Source: Candidatus Woesebacteria bacterium (GTDB taxonomy: Bacteria > Patescibacteriota > Microgenomatia > UBA1400 > PJMF01). From it: DNA of 64,000 bases. Made by a program: the position numbers and the translations under genes. Under the pieces are notes generated by a model, which was not told the DNA's origin, searched no databases, and saw only the letters and a list, made by a program, of their open reading frames with translations. Where the stretch lies: positions 75 through 64,074 of the forward strand of contig JASFHL010000007.1 of assembly GCA_050123235.1 (NCBI GenBank), in the 5' to 3' direction. Positions 48,934 to 59,786 of this stretch are shown here, in pieces (the first letter of the stretch is position 1; the number at the start of each line of letters is the position of its first letter).

Positions 48934-50745
48934 ATGAAAAATAAAAAAGTTTCTCATCTTTTACAAAAAATTTTTCCAAAGAGCAAAAAATTTAAATTTT
49001 TTTTCAAAAAGGGTCTTTCTTGCCCTTTTTTAAAGAGATTTAGCTCATACTTTGCTATCTTTTTTTTGGTCGCGTTTACAGTAGCTCTTCGTTTTTTACC
49101 AATCTCCACAGGCAATTTTTCTTTTATGTATGATAATGCTAAGGATTCCCTGCTGATTCGCAGAATAGGGGTGCAACATAAACCCGCTTTATATGGAGCT
49201 GTCACTAGTATTGATGGAGTTTATAATGGACCACTTTGGTATTACTTAGCTCTACCTCTCAATTGCTTGCTTAATTATCACCCCATGGCTAGTATTTTGA
49301 TGGTGATTGTTTTGGCGGTTCTGTCTGTTTTAATTTTGTATTTTTCACTGGGTTTTTTTGAAGCATTTCTTTATGCCATCTCTTTTGGTCTAATTGCCAG
49401 TCAGCAATCGGCTTGGACGCCATACATGACGCCATTTGTGCTTTTACTAATTCTCTTAATTTTTTTAAGTTTTAAGTCAGAGTCTAAAAACAAACAATCA
49501 AAGTTTAAAAAAATTTCTAGTTTTTCAGGATTGATAAAATCTAAGCTGCTTAGGCTAGCTAGCCCCTTCCGCGCACTAAAAAAATTTAAATATCGATCTT
49601 TATGCCAAGCTTGTTTTGAGCAGCAAACTCTCAAATTAGCTAGTATTTTTTTACTCACATCTTTTGCTTTCCATTTTCAAACAGCCTATGGCATGGTTTT
49701 ATTACCCACGGTTTTAATTTTACTTTTTGTTTTAAAGATCAGACCAAATTCAAAACAAATTTTAATTAGCTTGCTGGCTTTTCTGATACCATTCACTCCT
49801 TTTTTTATTTTTGAACTTAGAAATGACTTTCATCAGAGCAAAGCAATTTTGCATTTTATCAAAGATTATAAAAATCAAGCTCAAGTGATTAATCCTAACC
49901 AAAAGGGTTTAGCCAGATGGGGAGAAATAGCAGGCTATATCTATCAAAGTAGCTGGCAAGCTTTAGCTCCAGCAGAAATTCCAGCTTTGGGTTGCTTGGG
50001 GGTGATGGGGATTTTTATATATTTGCTTGATCGCTGTTTATTGCGAAGATCAGTAGATAGATTTGAAGGGAAAATCTTTGCTGTTTTTATTTTAAGTCCA
50101 CTTATTTTTTATCAAATTTTACCTTGTAAATCATATTACCTAGTTGCCTTAATGCCAGTCTGGATTATTTTTTTTGCTAAATTTATTAGGGCTTATTTTG
50201 CTAAAATTCTACCGTTGCTAATAATTTTATTCACTGGGGTAGCTTTAATTAATTTAAGCCAAAGTCTTGATCATTACCAATTACTTGCTCAAACAGAATC
50301 TTTTCCATTCTCAGCTAAACTAGCTGCAGTTAAAAAAGTTTATCAATTAAGTGAAGGTCAAAAATTTAGTTCCTATCATTTTGTGCCAGAAGTATATGAT
50401 TACACTTACCAGCAAATTTATTTGTATTTGATTGACCAGGATTATCCAGAGCCTTTGGAGTTTAGCTATGCGCCAGGTGAATTTACTTATATGAGACCAC
50501 AGTATTTACCTTTGCAACCGCCTAAATTGCAAAAACAAGATAGTAGCCAAGCGGATGACTCCATGATGGCAGAAAATATCGAAACATCAAACTTAGTATT
50601 TTTAATTGTTGAGAAATATTACAGCCAAGAGGTTTTTAATCAATGGTGGCAACGAGTGAGTGCTGATTTGGAAATTTTGGAAAGTTCTCAAATTAATGAT
50701 GCGATTAGGGTTTATAAAGCGAGGAGGGTACAAATAAATGAGTAG
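48934..50745 (+). CDS. GT-C (ArnT/PMT-like) membrane glycosyltransferase
   Basis: YDNAKD, GPLWYY, WTP, FELRNDF. Confidence 0.7.
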   Translation: MKNKKVSHLLQKIFPKSKKFKFFFKKGLSCPFLKRFSSYFAIFFLVAFTVALRFLPISTGNFSFMYDNAKDSLLIRRIGVQHKPALYGAVTSIDGVYNGPLWYYLALPLNCLLNYHPMASILMVIVLAVLSVLILYFSLGFFEAFLYAISFGLIASQQSAWTPYMTPFVLLLILLIFLSFKSESKNKQSKFKKISSFSGLIKSKLLRLASPFRALKKFKYRSLCQACFEQQTLKLASIFLLTSFAFHFQTAYGMVLLPTVLILLFVLKIRPNSKQILISLLAFLIPFTPFFIFELRNDFHQSKAILHFIKDYKNQAQVINPNQKGLARWGEIAGYIYQSSWQALAPAEIPALGCLGVMGIFIYLLDRCLLRRSVDRFEGKIFAVFILSPLIFYQILPCKSYYLVALMPVWIIFFAKFIRAYFAKILPLLIILFTGVALINLSQSLDHYQLLAQTESFPFSAKLAAVKKVYQLSEGQKFSSYHFVPEVYDYTYQQIYLYLIDQDYPEPLEFSYAPGEFTYMRPQYLPLQPPKLQKQDSSQADDSMMAENIETSNLVFLIVEKYYSQEVFNQWWQRVSADLEILESSQINDAIRVYKARRVQINE

Positions 50746-50752
50746 TTATAAA

Positions 50753-50948
50753 TATTATAGATAAGTATTTACATCACTTAGTATATTATTAAACTAGGAA
50801 CCTTGAAGCGAAGTCATAAAAGAAAAGAATAAGATATAAGTAAGGACTGAGCTTCAGAGAAAAAGCTTTGTAGTGATGATTAAGCATTTAGCTTACTGCG
50901 ACTGTGTCTTAGTTTAATAATATACTAAGTGAAACAGCATACTATTCT
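50753..50948 (+). repeat. Hairpin repeat subfamily B, copy 2
   Basis: 26 bp IR 50774-50799/50907-50932 (one G-T); core tgaagc-ga-agtc...gact-ga-gcttca. Confidence 0.92.
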
Positions 50949-50972
50949 GTAGCGAACGACTCTAAGATTTAT
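50949..50972 (+). repeat. Family A 3' fragment
   Basis: gtagcgaacgactctaagatttat matches the family A gcgaac-gactc-right arm. Confidence 0.7.
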
Positions 50973-51002
50973 TGCTATTGAGTTTTCAACAGTTTCCTTA
51001 AT

Positions 51003-52679
51003 ATGAAAAAAAGGATTAAATTACCAACAATTAATCTGTCCCGCAGAGAATTATGCTTATTCTTTTTAATTTTTTTACTGGGTTTAACTTTACGCCTCTA
51101 TCCTGGTCGTGATCACTACATTTGGTTTTACGACCAGGCTCGTGATCGCGCAGTCATTCAGTCTATCATTGAAGATAAAAATTTAGTTTTGTTGGGGCCA
51201 GCTACTTCTAAGTGGGGACTGTTTCATGGGCCATTATTCTATTATTTTTTAGCTCCCTTTTATTTTTTATCTCAAGGAGATACATTTTTAGCAATCTGGG
51301 CAATGATTTTGTTCAATTTATCAGCCATGATTCCTTTGGCACTCTTAACTTTTGCTCTTTTTAAAAATAAGAAAATAGTTTATTTATCTTTGTTTTTCTT
51401 TGCTATTTCTTATGAAATGATCGAATATGCTCGCTGGCTAACTAATGTTTCGATGGCCATTCCTTTTTTACTGTGGGCTTTTTACTTTGCTTATCGAATC
51501 AGACCTGATTTGTCTGAGCGAGAAATAATTAGCTATTTTTTAGGAAAAAGCAAATTACTTCCACAGAGCATTGCTAATCTTGTTCAACAGAAAAAAACAG
51601 TTTTACTGCCTATTTGTTTTGCTATCTCTCTAGGTTTAGCAATTCAAAGTGAGATTTTTTTAATTTATTTGATCCCTTTTTTCTTGCTATATTTTTTCTT
51701 GATTCATTTGTCTTTGCGCAAAATTCTACTATCAGCTTTGACTTTGATCTTAACTTTATCTCCTTTGGTTTTAGCGGAGTTTAAATTTTCCTTTCAGATG
51801 AGTAAAAGTTTTTTTCAGCAACTTTTGCAGACTGGAGCAGAAACTAGATTCTTTGTCAAAGAATCACTCTTAAAATATTTTGAACGGCTAGCTCTGAGTG
51901 CCCAACTTAATTTGTTTGGGCTGCCTTTAACTATGAGTTTTTTCATCTTATTAGTTACTTTTACTGCTGTTGTCTATTTTATGCGGCGAGAATCAGATAG
52001 AAATAAAAAAACTCTCTATTTTCTATTCTTTTTCTTATTTAGCCAAATAGTTTTATTTATTTTTCCCTTTGTTGATAGAATTTATTTAAATTTAACAGTA
52101 GGCATGTTGCTGATTATTTTAGCGGCTTATTTTTTGAACAAACTAATGCAATCTAAATTTGCAGCTTTAGCTAAACTAATACTGCTGTTATTTTTTTTAT
52201 TGCAAATTTTTCAATTGCGCAGCAATACTTTGGGTAAAACTCCTTTTAGTAAATATGAATCAACTTCACCAGCTTATATAATGTCTAGCTATTTTGCAGT
52301 GCTTGATAAAATTTATGAAGAAGCTGAAGGTGAGAAGTTTAGTATTGCAGTTTTGGCTAATCCTTATGGAGTACGTACCACTTGGGCTGGCATTTTTCAG
52401 ATTTATTTTAATAGAAAATCACTAGCAAATGAAGATCCGCCCACTTGGTTTGGCTACCATGCTAATGGTTACTGGGAGGATGATTACTTTCCCACTCTTG
52501 ACTATCCTCAAGACCTGCATTTTTTAATTATTTATCCGCAGTCTGATGGATTTTTGCCAGCACCGATTCTAGAAGAGTTTTTTGAGCAGCAGGATGACGC
52601 AACCTTGAAAATATCTGAGTATAATATTGATGAGATTATGGTGGAAAAGAGAATTAGAAAAGCAGAAATAGATAAATAA
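51003..52679 (+). CDS. GT-C (ArnT/PMT-like) membrane glycosyltransferase
   Basis: YDQARD, FHGPLFYY, EYARWLTN. Confidence 0.75.
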   Translation: MKKRIKLPTINLSRRELCLFFLIFLLGLTLRLYPGRDHYIWFYDQARDRAVIQSIIEDKNLVLLGPATSKWGLFHGPLFYYFLAPFYFLSQGDTFLAIWAMILFNLSAMIPLALLTFALFKNKKIVYLSLFFFAISYEMIEYARWLTNVSMAIPFLLWAFYFAYRIRPDLSEREIISYFLGKSKLLPQSIANLVQQKKTVLLPICFAISLGLAIQSEIFLIYLIPFFLLYFFLIHLSLRKILLSALTLILTLSPLVLAEFKFSFQMSKSFFQQLLQTGAETRFFVKESLLKYFERLALSAQLNLFGLPLTMSFFILLVTFTAVVYFMRRESDRNKKTLYFLFFFLFSQIVLFIFPFVDRIYLNLTVGMLLIILAAYFLNKLMQSKFAALAKLILLLFFLLQIFQLRSNTLGKTPFSKYESTSPAYIMSSYFAVLDKIYEEAEGEKFSIAVLANPYGVRTTWAGIFQIYFNRKSLANEDPPTWFGYHANGYWEDDYFPTLDYPQDLHFLIIYPQSDGFLPAPILEEFFEQQDDATLKISEYNIDEIMVEKRIRKAEIDK

Positions 52680-52697
52680 TGGTAAATTTAATTAATT

Positions 52698-54269
52698 ATG
52701 CAATCAGTCAAAAATTTAACTAAGATAGAAATATTAATTTTGGTTTTCATTGTTATTCTAGGAATTTTTATAAGATTAATTCCAGGAAAAGGTCATTTCA
52801 TTTGGGATTATGATCAAGCAAGAGATTCTTTTGAAATTAGAAAAATTATTCAAAACAAAGATCTAATTTTAATTGGCCCACAAGCTGAAAAACATGGAAT
52901 GTTTCACGGGCCGTTATATTATTATTATTTGGCTCCTTTTTACTATCTTTCTCATGGTGATCAAAATTTACCTCTGTTAGCTATGATTTTTTTAAATTTA
53001 TCTAGCATTATTCCTCTGGCTTTATTAAGCAAACAATTATTTTCTAAACTTGGTTCAAAACAAAGTAAGTTGATCACGTTCTTAGTTATTTTTTTATTCG
53101 TAATTTCTTATGAACAAGTTGAATACGCTCGCTGGTTATCTAATGTTTCAATTACCATTCCACTTTTAGCATGGAGTTATTATTTTATTTGGAAATTGTT
53201 TAGCAGCAGAAAATATGCTTTTTATTTAGGCTTATCATTGGGTTTGGCAATTCAAGGAGAAATTTTTCTAATCTATTTAATTGCATATTCGTATCTATTA
53301 TTGCTTTTAAATAGACATAAAATAAAGGATTGGATAAAATTTCATTTTGGTCTAGCTGTTGGCCTATTACCTTTAATTCTTGCGGAATTAAAATTTAATT
53401 TTCAAAGCACAAAAACTTTTATCAATTATTTTATTAATCGTCATAGTGTAGAAGATTTATCAGCTGGACAGTCAATTCTAAGTTATTTAGATCATATGGG
53501 TTTTACTGTTAAGAATAATTTATCTGGTTTTTCAAACTCATTTGGTCTTTATTTTTTAATCCTGATATTAATTTTATATTTATTTTGGAAGAGAGATATT
53601 ACAAAACTGAAAATTAAGAAAGAAATTGCTTATATTTTCATTTGGCTTTTTTCTCATTTTATTCTTTTCTCATTTCATTTTGTTGATGCAGTATTTCTGA
53701 ATTTAGGCATAGGCTTAAGTATGATTTTTTTAATGTCATTTTTAATCTATTTATTTTGCTACAAAAAACAAAAAATCATGGCTTCTTTATTTTTGATTTT
53801 TGTAGTATTTATGCAAATCAGATTGTTAATGGTTAATACTCATCATAATCAACCATTTAATAAATTTAAGTTTGTTCAAAAAGATGCAATTCTTTTTAAA
53901 GAAAAGATAGCAATTGTTGATCAGATATATCAGTTAGCCAATAATGAGTCATTTACTTTTGCTGTTTTAGGAACACCTTATGGTGTAAGAACAAAATGGG
54001 CCAGTGTTTTTGAACAATATGCCAGACAAAATGATGTTGAGATACCACATTGGTTTGGCTACTATGCCAACGGCTATCCAGGGGAAAAACTGTTTATAAC
54101 TCAAGATTTTCCAGAACAAAAACATATTGTCTTAATCGAATCAAGTCAACACTTAATTGATCCTTACACCAGAAAAAATTATCTAATAGAGCAGGATAGA
54201 ACAACGAGATTGATAGAGGAAAAGGAATTGTATGGTCATAGAATTCAGTTGCGGGAGAGAAAAGAGTAA
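52698..54269 (+). CDS. GT-C glycosyltransferase, tandem paralog of the previous gene
   Basis: YDQARD, FHGPLYYY, EYARWLSN, PYGVRT.WA, WFGY.ANGY shared. Confidence 0.75.
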   Translation: MQSVKNLTKIEILILVFIVILGIFIRLIPGKGHFIWDYDQARDSFEIRKIIQNKDLILIGPQAEKHGMFHGPLYYYYLAPFYYLSHGDQNLPLLAMIFLNLSSIIPLALLSKQLFSKLGSKQSKLITFLVIFLFVISYEQVEYARWLSNVSITIPLLAWSYYFIWKLFSSRKYAFYLGLSLGLAIQGEIFLIYLIAYSYLLLLLNRHKIKDWIKFHFGLAVGLLPLILAELKFNFQSTKTFINYFINRHSVEDLSAGQSILSYLDHMGFTVKNNLSGFSNSFGLYFLILILILYLFWKRDITKLKIKKEIAYIFIWLFSHFILFSFHFVDAVFLNLGIGLSMIFLMSFLIYLFCYKKQKIMASLFLIFVVFMQIRLLMVNTHHNQPFNKFKFVQKDAILFKEKIAIVDQIYQLANNESFTFAVLGTPYGVRTKWASVFEQYARQNDVEIPHWFGYYANGYPGEKLFITQDFPEQKHIVLIESSQHLIDPYTRKNYLIEQDRTTRLIEEKELYGHRIQLRERKE

Positions 54270-54400
54270 GTTTGTTTTTAGAAGCTAGACGTTTGATTAA
54301 ATATGGTCACCAGGTAAAGTAGGCCTTGAATGAGTTCCTGTCTTTCAAACTATAACAGTTGGCAGCTCCATTTATACTGAATTTTGCTATACTAAAACTC

Positions 54401-55090
54401 ATGAAACTATCTGTCATCGTTCCCGTTTATAATGAAGCGGCTACCATTGCGGAAATTCTTAATAAATTAGTCAAAGTCAAGGACGTTTATGAAATTATTA
54501 TTGTTAATGACGGCTCTACTGATCACAGTCTCCAAATTATTGAAAAAACGAAAAAAGAATTAGGCAAGCTTAAAGCTAGAAAGATCAAAGTTTTTGACAA
54601 AGAAAATGGAGGCAAGGGTAGTTCAGTCCGTTTAGCTTTGACTAAGGTCACTGGAGATTATGTTTTAATCCAAGATGCTGATCTGGAATATGACCCTGAT
54701 GATATTGCTGCTTTATTGGAGCCGATCAAAAAAGGCAGAGTTGAGGTGGTTTATGGCTCTCGTTTTTTAGGTCCACATTCCAATCTTTTGTTTTGGCACA
54801 AAGTTGGCAATACTTTTTTAAATTTAGTGGTAAATATACTCTACGACACCACGCTTTCTGATATGGAGACTTGTTATAAAGTTTTACCCACTAAGCTCTT
54901 TAAGGAACTTGATATTAAAGCAGCTAAATTTGATTTAGAACCAGAAATTACTTGTAAAGTTTTAAAAAAAGGTATCAGGATTTTTGAAGTACCAATTACT
55001 TATATAGGGAGAGATTTTTCTGAAGGTAAAAAAATTACTTGGAAAGATGGCTTTTCAGCTTTGTGGACTATTATCAAGTTGAGGTTTTAG
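54401..55090 (+). CDS. GT2 polyprenol-phosphate glycosyltransferase (DPM1-like)
   Basis: VIVPVYNE, NDGSTD, GKG, QDADLEYDP, DMETCYK, EGKKITWKDG. Confidence 0.92.
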   Translation: MKLSVIVPVYNEAATIAEILNKLVKVKDVYEIIIVNDGSTDHSLQIIEKTKKELGKLKARKIKVFDKENGGKGSSVRLALTKVTGDYVLIQDADLEYDPDDIAALLEPIKKGRVEVVYGSRFLGPHSNLLFWHKVGNTFLNLVVNILYDTTLSDMETCYKVLPTKLFKELDIKAAKFDLEPEITCKVLKKGIRIFEVPITYIGRDFSEGKKITWKDGFSALWTIIKLRF

Positions 55091-55143
55091 TGCCACTTAA
55101 AATGAAAAATTTGTTAAATTTATATGATTTAATAATACTGAAC

Positions 55144-57216
55144 ATGTCCTACCCGTTATTTAGTATTTCATTCATCCTACATTTCTTACTCTTCATCTTA
55201 GCTTTGTTTTTTTCTCTTTATTTACCAGGGTCTTTCTTTATCAATTCTCTTTTTTCTAAAAGCAAAGTTCCTCAATTAAAAAAATATAGCGCCTTACTCA
55301 AACTGGTTTCATCTTTGGTTTTGGGATTAGTGTTATGGACAGCTCAAGGTGTATTTTTTGGCTATTTACGATTGAGAAATCTAAGTTATCTTTATATAAT
55401 TTTTTTCTTTTTAGCTTTTTTGTGGCAAAAAAAACCCAGTTTGAGCAAAATTTTTGTTGCCGCAAAAGCAATTGGCAAAAATTTTAAATCAATCAATCCT
55501 GTTGTTTTAATTTTTCTAACAATTGGCTCTTTTTTGCAACTCTTAGTGATCAGTGGCTCTGGCTTTTTGAGTGAGCAAGGAATTAAGTTTTATTTTGATA
55601 ATGCAGCTGAACCGATCATGCATTTAGCCTATATCCAAGCTTTGATTCGTAATTTTCCAGCAATAGAACCTGGTTTAGCAACAGTGCCTTTGCTTAATTA
55701 TCATTATTGGTCAGATTTTTTTATGGCCGAACTAGCTAGAGTTTGGCAATTACCAGTTATTCATCTCTATTTTCATTTTTTACCCCCGCTACTCGCTATC
55801 TTGAGTAGTTTTTTGATTTATTTGATTGTTAAAGCATGGCGAGGTACTGATTTAGTGGCTTTTTTAGCTTTGTTTTTCTTTTTCTTTGGGGCTGATGCTG
55901 CCTATACTATTTATTTTTTACTTCACCGACAACTTAGTTTTCATGTTGCTGGGATTGATAATGGCATGGAACAGTTTTTCAATTCACCTCATGTTTTTGC
56001 CAAGCTGATTTTTTTGGCAAGTTTACTGGTTTTATTTTTCTGGCAAAAGCTGAGTTCAAAACAAAGAAGCCTAGATAAAAAATGGGGCTTACTTTATTTG
56101 ACTTTAGCAGCTCCTTTAGTTGGTTTTAAGGTTTATTATGGTATTTTTTCAGCTATTGCTTTGTCAGTGCTGGTAGCTGTTAGAGTTTTGAAAGCTATCT
56201 ATAAAAAAGACTGGCGAAACTGGCGTTCAATTTTTCTCCAAGAAAAATTTTCACTGTTTTTATTGTTTTTATTCGCTCTAATTTCGGCGACTATTTATTT
56301 TCCAACTAATAGCAGTGCTGGCGGCCTATTTTTCATTCCATTGGAATGGCCGAAATTGTTATTAGCGCCACACAATTTAGATTTTAATGATTGGTTTCTT
56401 CGTCAACAGGTCTATCACGCTGCTGGAAATATTCGCAATTTACTAATTCTGGACTTTTTGGCAATATTAATTGCTTTGATTAGTATTCATGGCACAAGAT
56501 TAATTGGTTTTTTGCCCACCAAAAAATTGGCTAAAATTCTGGGATTTGAATATTTACTTTACTTATTAATTCCTAGCATTATTTTCACTATTGCTGGTTT
56601 TTTTACCCTGCAACAGTCAGGCGCTTTTAATGTGTTTAATTTTTTTATTGTCAGTTTAATTGTTTTTAGTTTTTTTGCTGCCTTTAGATTGGCAGATTTT
56701 TTAAAGTCAAAAAACTTTTTCCTAAAAATTCTGGCTGTGTTGATTATAATTTTGACAGTCCCCAAATCAACTCATGCTCTTTATTTAGCCGCCACAGAAC
56801 TGAATGATGCAGAAGCACAGATCTTGGTTAGTAAAGTTGAACTAGAAGCTTTTATAAAATTACGCAGTCTTTTGCCAGCAACGGCAGTTGTCCAATCTCA
56901 TCCTAAAAATAGCTTAGACCAAGACACACCTTATTTATCTTTTTTTCTTAATAGACAAAGTTATTCAGCTGGTTTCAATCTATTGGAGAATCTGGGCAAA
57001 GCTAATTTAGAAAGAAAAACTAATTTAGAAAAAATGTTTTTAACTGAAGATGCTACCAGTCTAGCCAGTGAGATGAGGCAGCGTGGTATAGATTACCTTT
57101 ATTTACAAAAAAAGCCAGCTCAAAAGCTGAATTTTGATTTAGCAAAAAGTGATAATATATTTAAAGTGCTTTATGAAGATGAACTAGTGCTGGTAGTGGG
57201 TCTTGCAGAACAGTGA
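55144..57216 (+). CDS. Polytopic membrane protein, probable GT-C
   Basis: HLAYI, NYHYWSD, many TM; start could be 55102. Confidence 0.6.
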   Translation: MSYPLFSISFILHFLLFILALFFSLYLPGSFFINSLFSKSKVPQLKKYSALLKLVSSLVLGLVLWTAQGVFFGYLRLRNLSYLYIIFFFLAFLWQKKPSLSKIFVAAKAIGKNFKSINPVVLIFLTIGSFLQLLVISGSGFLSEQGIKFYFDNAAEPIMHLAYIQALIRNFPAIEPGLATVPLLNYHYWSDFFMAELARVWQLPVIHLYFHFLPPLLAILSSFLIYLIVKAWRGTDLVAFLALFFFFFGADAAYTIYFLLHRQLSFHVAGIDNGMEQFFNSPHVFAKLIFLASLLVLFFWQKLSSKQRSLDKKWGLLYLTLAAPLVGFKVYYGIFSAIALSVLVAVRVLKAIYKKDWRNWRSIFLQEKFSLFLLFLFALISATIYFPTNSSAGGLFFIPLEWPKLLLAPHNLDFNDWFLRQQVYHAAGNIRNLLILDFLAILIALISIHGTRLIGFLPTKKLAKILGFEYLLYLLIPSIIFTIAGFFTLQQSGAFNVFNFFIVSLIVFSFFAAFRLADFLKSKNFFLKILAVLIIILTVPKSTHALYLAATELNDAEAQILVSKVELEAFIKLRSLLPATAVVQSHPKNSLDQDTPYLSFFLNRQSYSAGFNLLENLGKANLERKTNLEKMFLTEDATSLASEMRQRGIDYLYLQKKPAQKLNFDLAKSDNIFKVLYEDELVLVVGLAEQ

Positions 57217-57240
57217 ATAATTTAGCTATGTTTCTATTAT

Positions 57241-59712
57241 ATGAATATGTTTAGTAATTTTAAACAAATAAAGTTTAATATGAAACTCCTTCGACAGCCT
57301 TATTTTAAATTTGCTTTGATATTTTTAATTTTATTGGGCATCCGTTTTTACCCAATTTTTTTTCAAAATAAGAGTTTATTTTTTGGCGACAACTATGCTT
57401 TGATGGTGCCTGGAAAAATTTTTACAGCCCGCTGGCTAAGGCATGGCGTTTTGCCTTTATGGAATCCAACGATTTTAGCTGGTATCTCTTGGATTGGGGA
57501 TGTAAATCAATCTATTTTGTATCCTAGCACTTTATTTTTTGTTTTTTTGGAAGCAAGCACTGCATTAACAGTAACTGTTATCAGTCATTTGCTGATTTCA
57601 GTGTTAGGCATGTATTACATCGTATTACAATGTATACAGAATAAGAAAAACACTAAGCAAGTTAATTTAGTTAGCAATAAACAATCAATCTCTTTTTTAT
57701 CCGCCTGTCTGTGGGTTTTTTCCACTCAGCTCACTAACTCAATTAATAATATTTCAATGCTGCAGTCATTAGCTTGGCTGCCATGGCTGGTTTTCTTAGC
57801 TTTTAAAATTAGGAAAAACTTAAAAAATAAGTTTTTATTTGCCATAGTAGTTTTTTTACAATTTGCTGGTGGTTATCCGCAACATGTGATTTATGGCATC
57901 TTGACAGCAGTTTTGATTTCTAGTTTTTATTTTTTTCAGCCTCAACTTACTGCTAAGAAAATAAAAATTTGGCTAAATCATTGGTCTATAACAGCTCTTT
58001 TTACTTTACTATTATCAGCAGTTATTTATTTGCCATTTCTCGAAACTCTGTTAAATTCCACCCGCACTTTACAAACAGAAACACAAGCAGTGTCTGGTTC
58101 ATTGCATCCGATGGAATTAATTAAAATGCTGCTGCCTTATTTTTTTGAAAGCCCACATGATGGGATGCGTTGGGGGCCGATGTGGAACAGCATGCCCAAC
58201 GTAACAATTTATTTCACTGGCTTTGCTTTTTTGATGTTGCTACTTTCTTTGCTTAATAAAAAATTAAGAGACTCGGAAATTAAATTTTTTGCGCTATTCC
58301 TTTTTTTAACTTTAATTTTAGCTTTAGGAAAGTATTTACCTTTTTTTGCTACTTTGCAGCAGATTTTGCCTATCTTTAAAATTACCAGAGGGCCGAGCTT
58401 GATTTTAACTGTCAGTACTTTTGTGGCAATCACTTACTTAGGTTTGGCTTTGACAAAAATTATATCAAAAACTAAAAACTCTAAAACTAAATTTCGATTT
58501 CTTACTAAGATCAATTTTTTAAGTAAATTGCCTGTTTTCAGTAAAAATGCTGGGCGAATTTTTTCTTTTTTTCTTTTTTTAATACTGATCATATTTTTAA
58601 GTTTATCCCTCTTAGCTAAATTCAATTTTAACTTAGTTTGGGATTTAGCTAATAGAATGGGTAACAATTTTTTAATCAACAGTGCTTTTCATAGTTTTGA
58701 AAAAGATCAGATAATTTTGAAGGTGATTAGTCAAAATGTTTTATTTAACTGTATTTTCTTTTTGATCGCAGTTTTAGCTTGGCAAAGAAAAAGGATTTTA
58801 TTACTGACTTTAATTTTGTCTCTAGACATGATTTACAACACTCAAGGCATGCTCTTTTTTGCCCCGCGAGATATTTATCCATCGTGGCAAGAGATAGAGA
58901 CAGCTAATCCGATTTTTAGTCAAACAAATAATTATCGTTATTTGATCCGCAACTACAATTATCCTTATACAGATTTTGGTGCTTATTGGGAGGCTTTGCT
59001 AGTTAGAAAACCATTTTCTGATTCTTATATTGATGAAGAAGAATTAGCTAGTTACAAAAATCTAAAGCGTTTTGCTAAAGGTATGACCCCTGATTGGAAT
59101 ATACCCTTTTTATTGCAGTCAATTAATGGTTACACCACGCTTTTACCCAAAGACAGTCATCAGTTATGGAATCCAGATCAGGAGACAAGAATTAATAATT
59201 TGGCAGAAATTAAATTAGATAATCCATTACTTAAAAAGTGGGCAGTTAAATTTTATTTAGTGGATGATTGGTTTTTTGTAAATGAAGATTTGTCTTCCTT
59301 AGCAGTTATTTATGAAAAAGATTGGTGGCAAGTTTATGAATTGCCAGCTCTACCAAGGTTTAGATATGAAGACGATACAGCTATCAACTTTGACCAAGAC
59401 CATATTGAGAATCCTAATTTTATCTCGCTGAAATTCAATAATGATAGCAGTCATAGTCACTTATTAATTGCTGATCGCTATGATAAAAATTGGCGGGCTT
59501 GGGTGAATGGTCAAGAAGTTGAGATTGAAAATTTTGAAAGGATGAGAAAAGTTAAAATTACAGCTGGTAAGAATCAGGTAGTATTTAAATATCAGCCAAA
59601 GTTGTTTTATTTGGGAGCTGCTATCTCTATTTTAAGTTTTTTAGCAGTCTCCTTATTCATCTGCTTAACATTTTTTATTTTCCCTGTTAAAATTAAACGC
59701 GTTGCCAAATAG
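57241..59712 (+). CDS. YfhO-family GT-C membrane protein
   Basis: PLWNP..G, YP, AWLPW, GYPQH, NGY, YDKNWRAWVNG, GKNQVVFKYQP. Confidence 0.85.
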   Translation: MNMFSNFKQIKFNMKLLRQPYFKFALIFLILLGIRFYPIFFQNKSLFFGDNYALMVPGKIFTARWLRHGVLPLWNPTILAGISWIGDVNQSILYPSTLFFVFLEASTALTVTVISHLLISVLGMYYIVLQCIQNKKNTKQVNLVSNKQSISFLSACLWVFSTQLTNSINNISMLQSLAWLPWLVFLAFKIRKNLKNKFLFAIVVFLQFAGGYPQHVIYGILTAVLISSFYFFQPQLTAKKIKIWLNHWSITALFTLLLSAVIYLPFLETLLNSTRTLQTETQAVSGSLHPMELIKMLLPYFFESPHDGMRWGPMWNSMPNVTIYFTGFAFLMLLLSLLNKKLRDSEIKFFALFLFLTLILALGKYLPFFATLQQILPIFKITRGPSLILTVSTFVAITYLGLALTKIISKTKNSKTKFRFLTKINFLSKLPVFSKNAGRIFSFFLFLILIIFLSLSLLAKFNFNLVWDLANRMGNNFLINSAFHSFEKDQIILKVISQNVLFNCIFFLIAVLAWQRKRILLLTLILSLDMIYNTQGMLFFAPRDIYPSWQEIETANPIFSQTNNYRYLIRNYNYPYTDFGAYWEALLVRKPFSDSYIDEEELASYKNLKRFAKGMTPDWNIPFLLQSINGYTTLLPKDSHQLWNPDQETRINNLAEIKLDNPLLKKWAVKFYLVDDWFFVNEDLSSLAVIYEKDWWQVYELPALPRFRYEDDTAINFDQDHIENPNFISLKFNNDSSHSHLLIADRYDKNWRAWVNGQEVEIENFERMRKVKITAGKNQVVFKYQPKLFYLGAAISILSFLAVSLFICLTFFIFPVKIKRVAK

Positions 59713-59786
59713 AGTGAAATTAGCCAAGGTGCTATTTCGAGATTCAATTTAATAACAAGTCTACTAATCAGCATTGAAATTTACCT

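Noticed and set aside
49484-49620. In-frame insert in a GT-C gene as a coding palindromic element
   Set aside because: Only weak A/T-run complementarity
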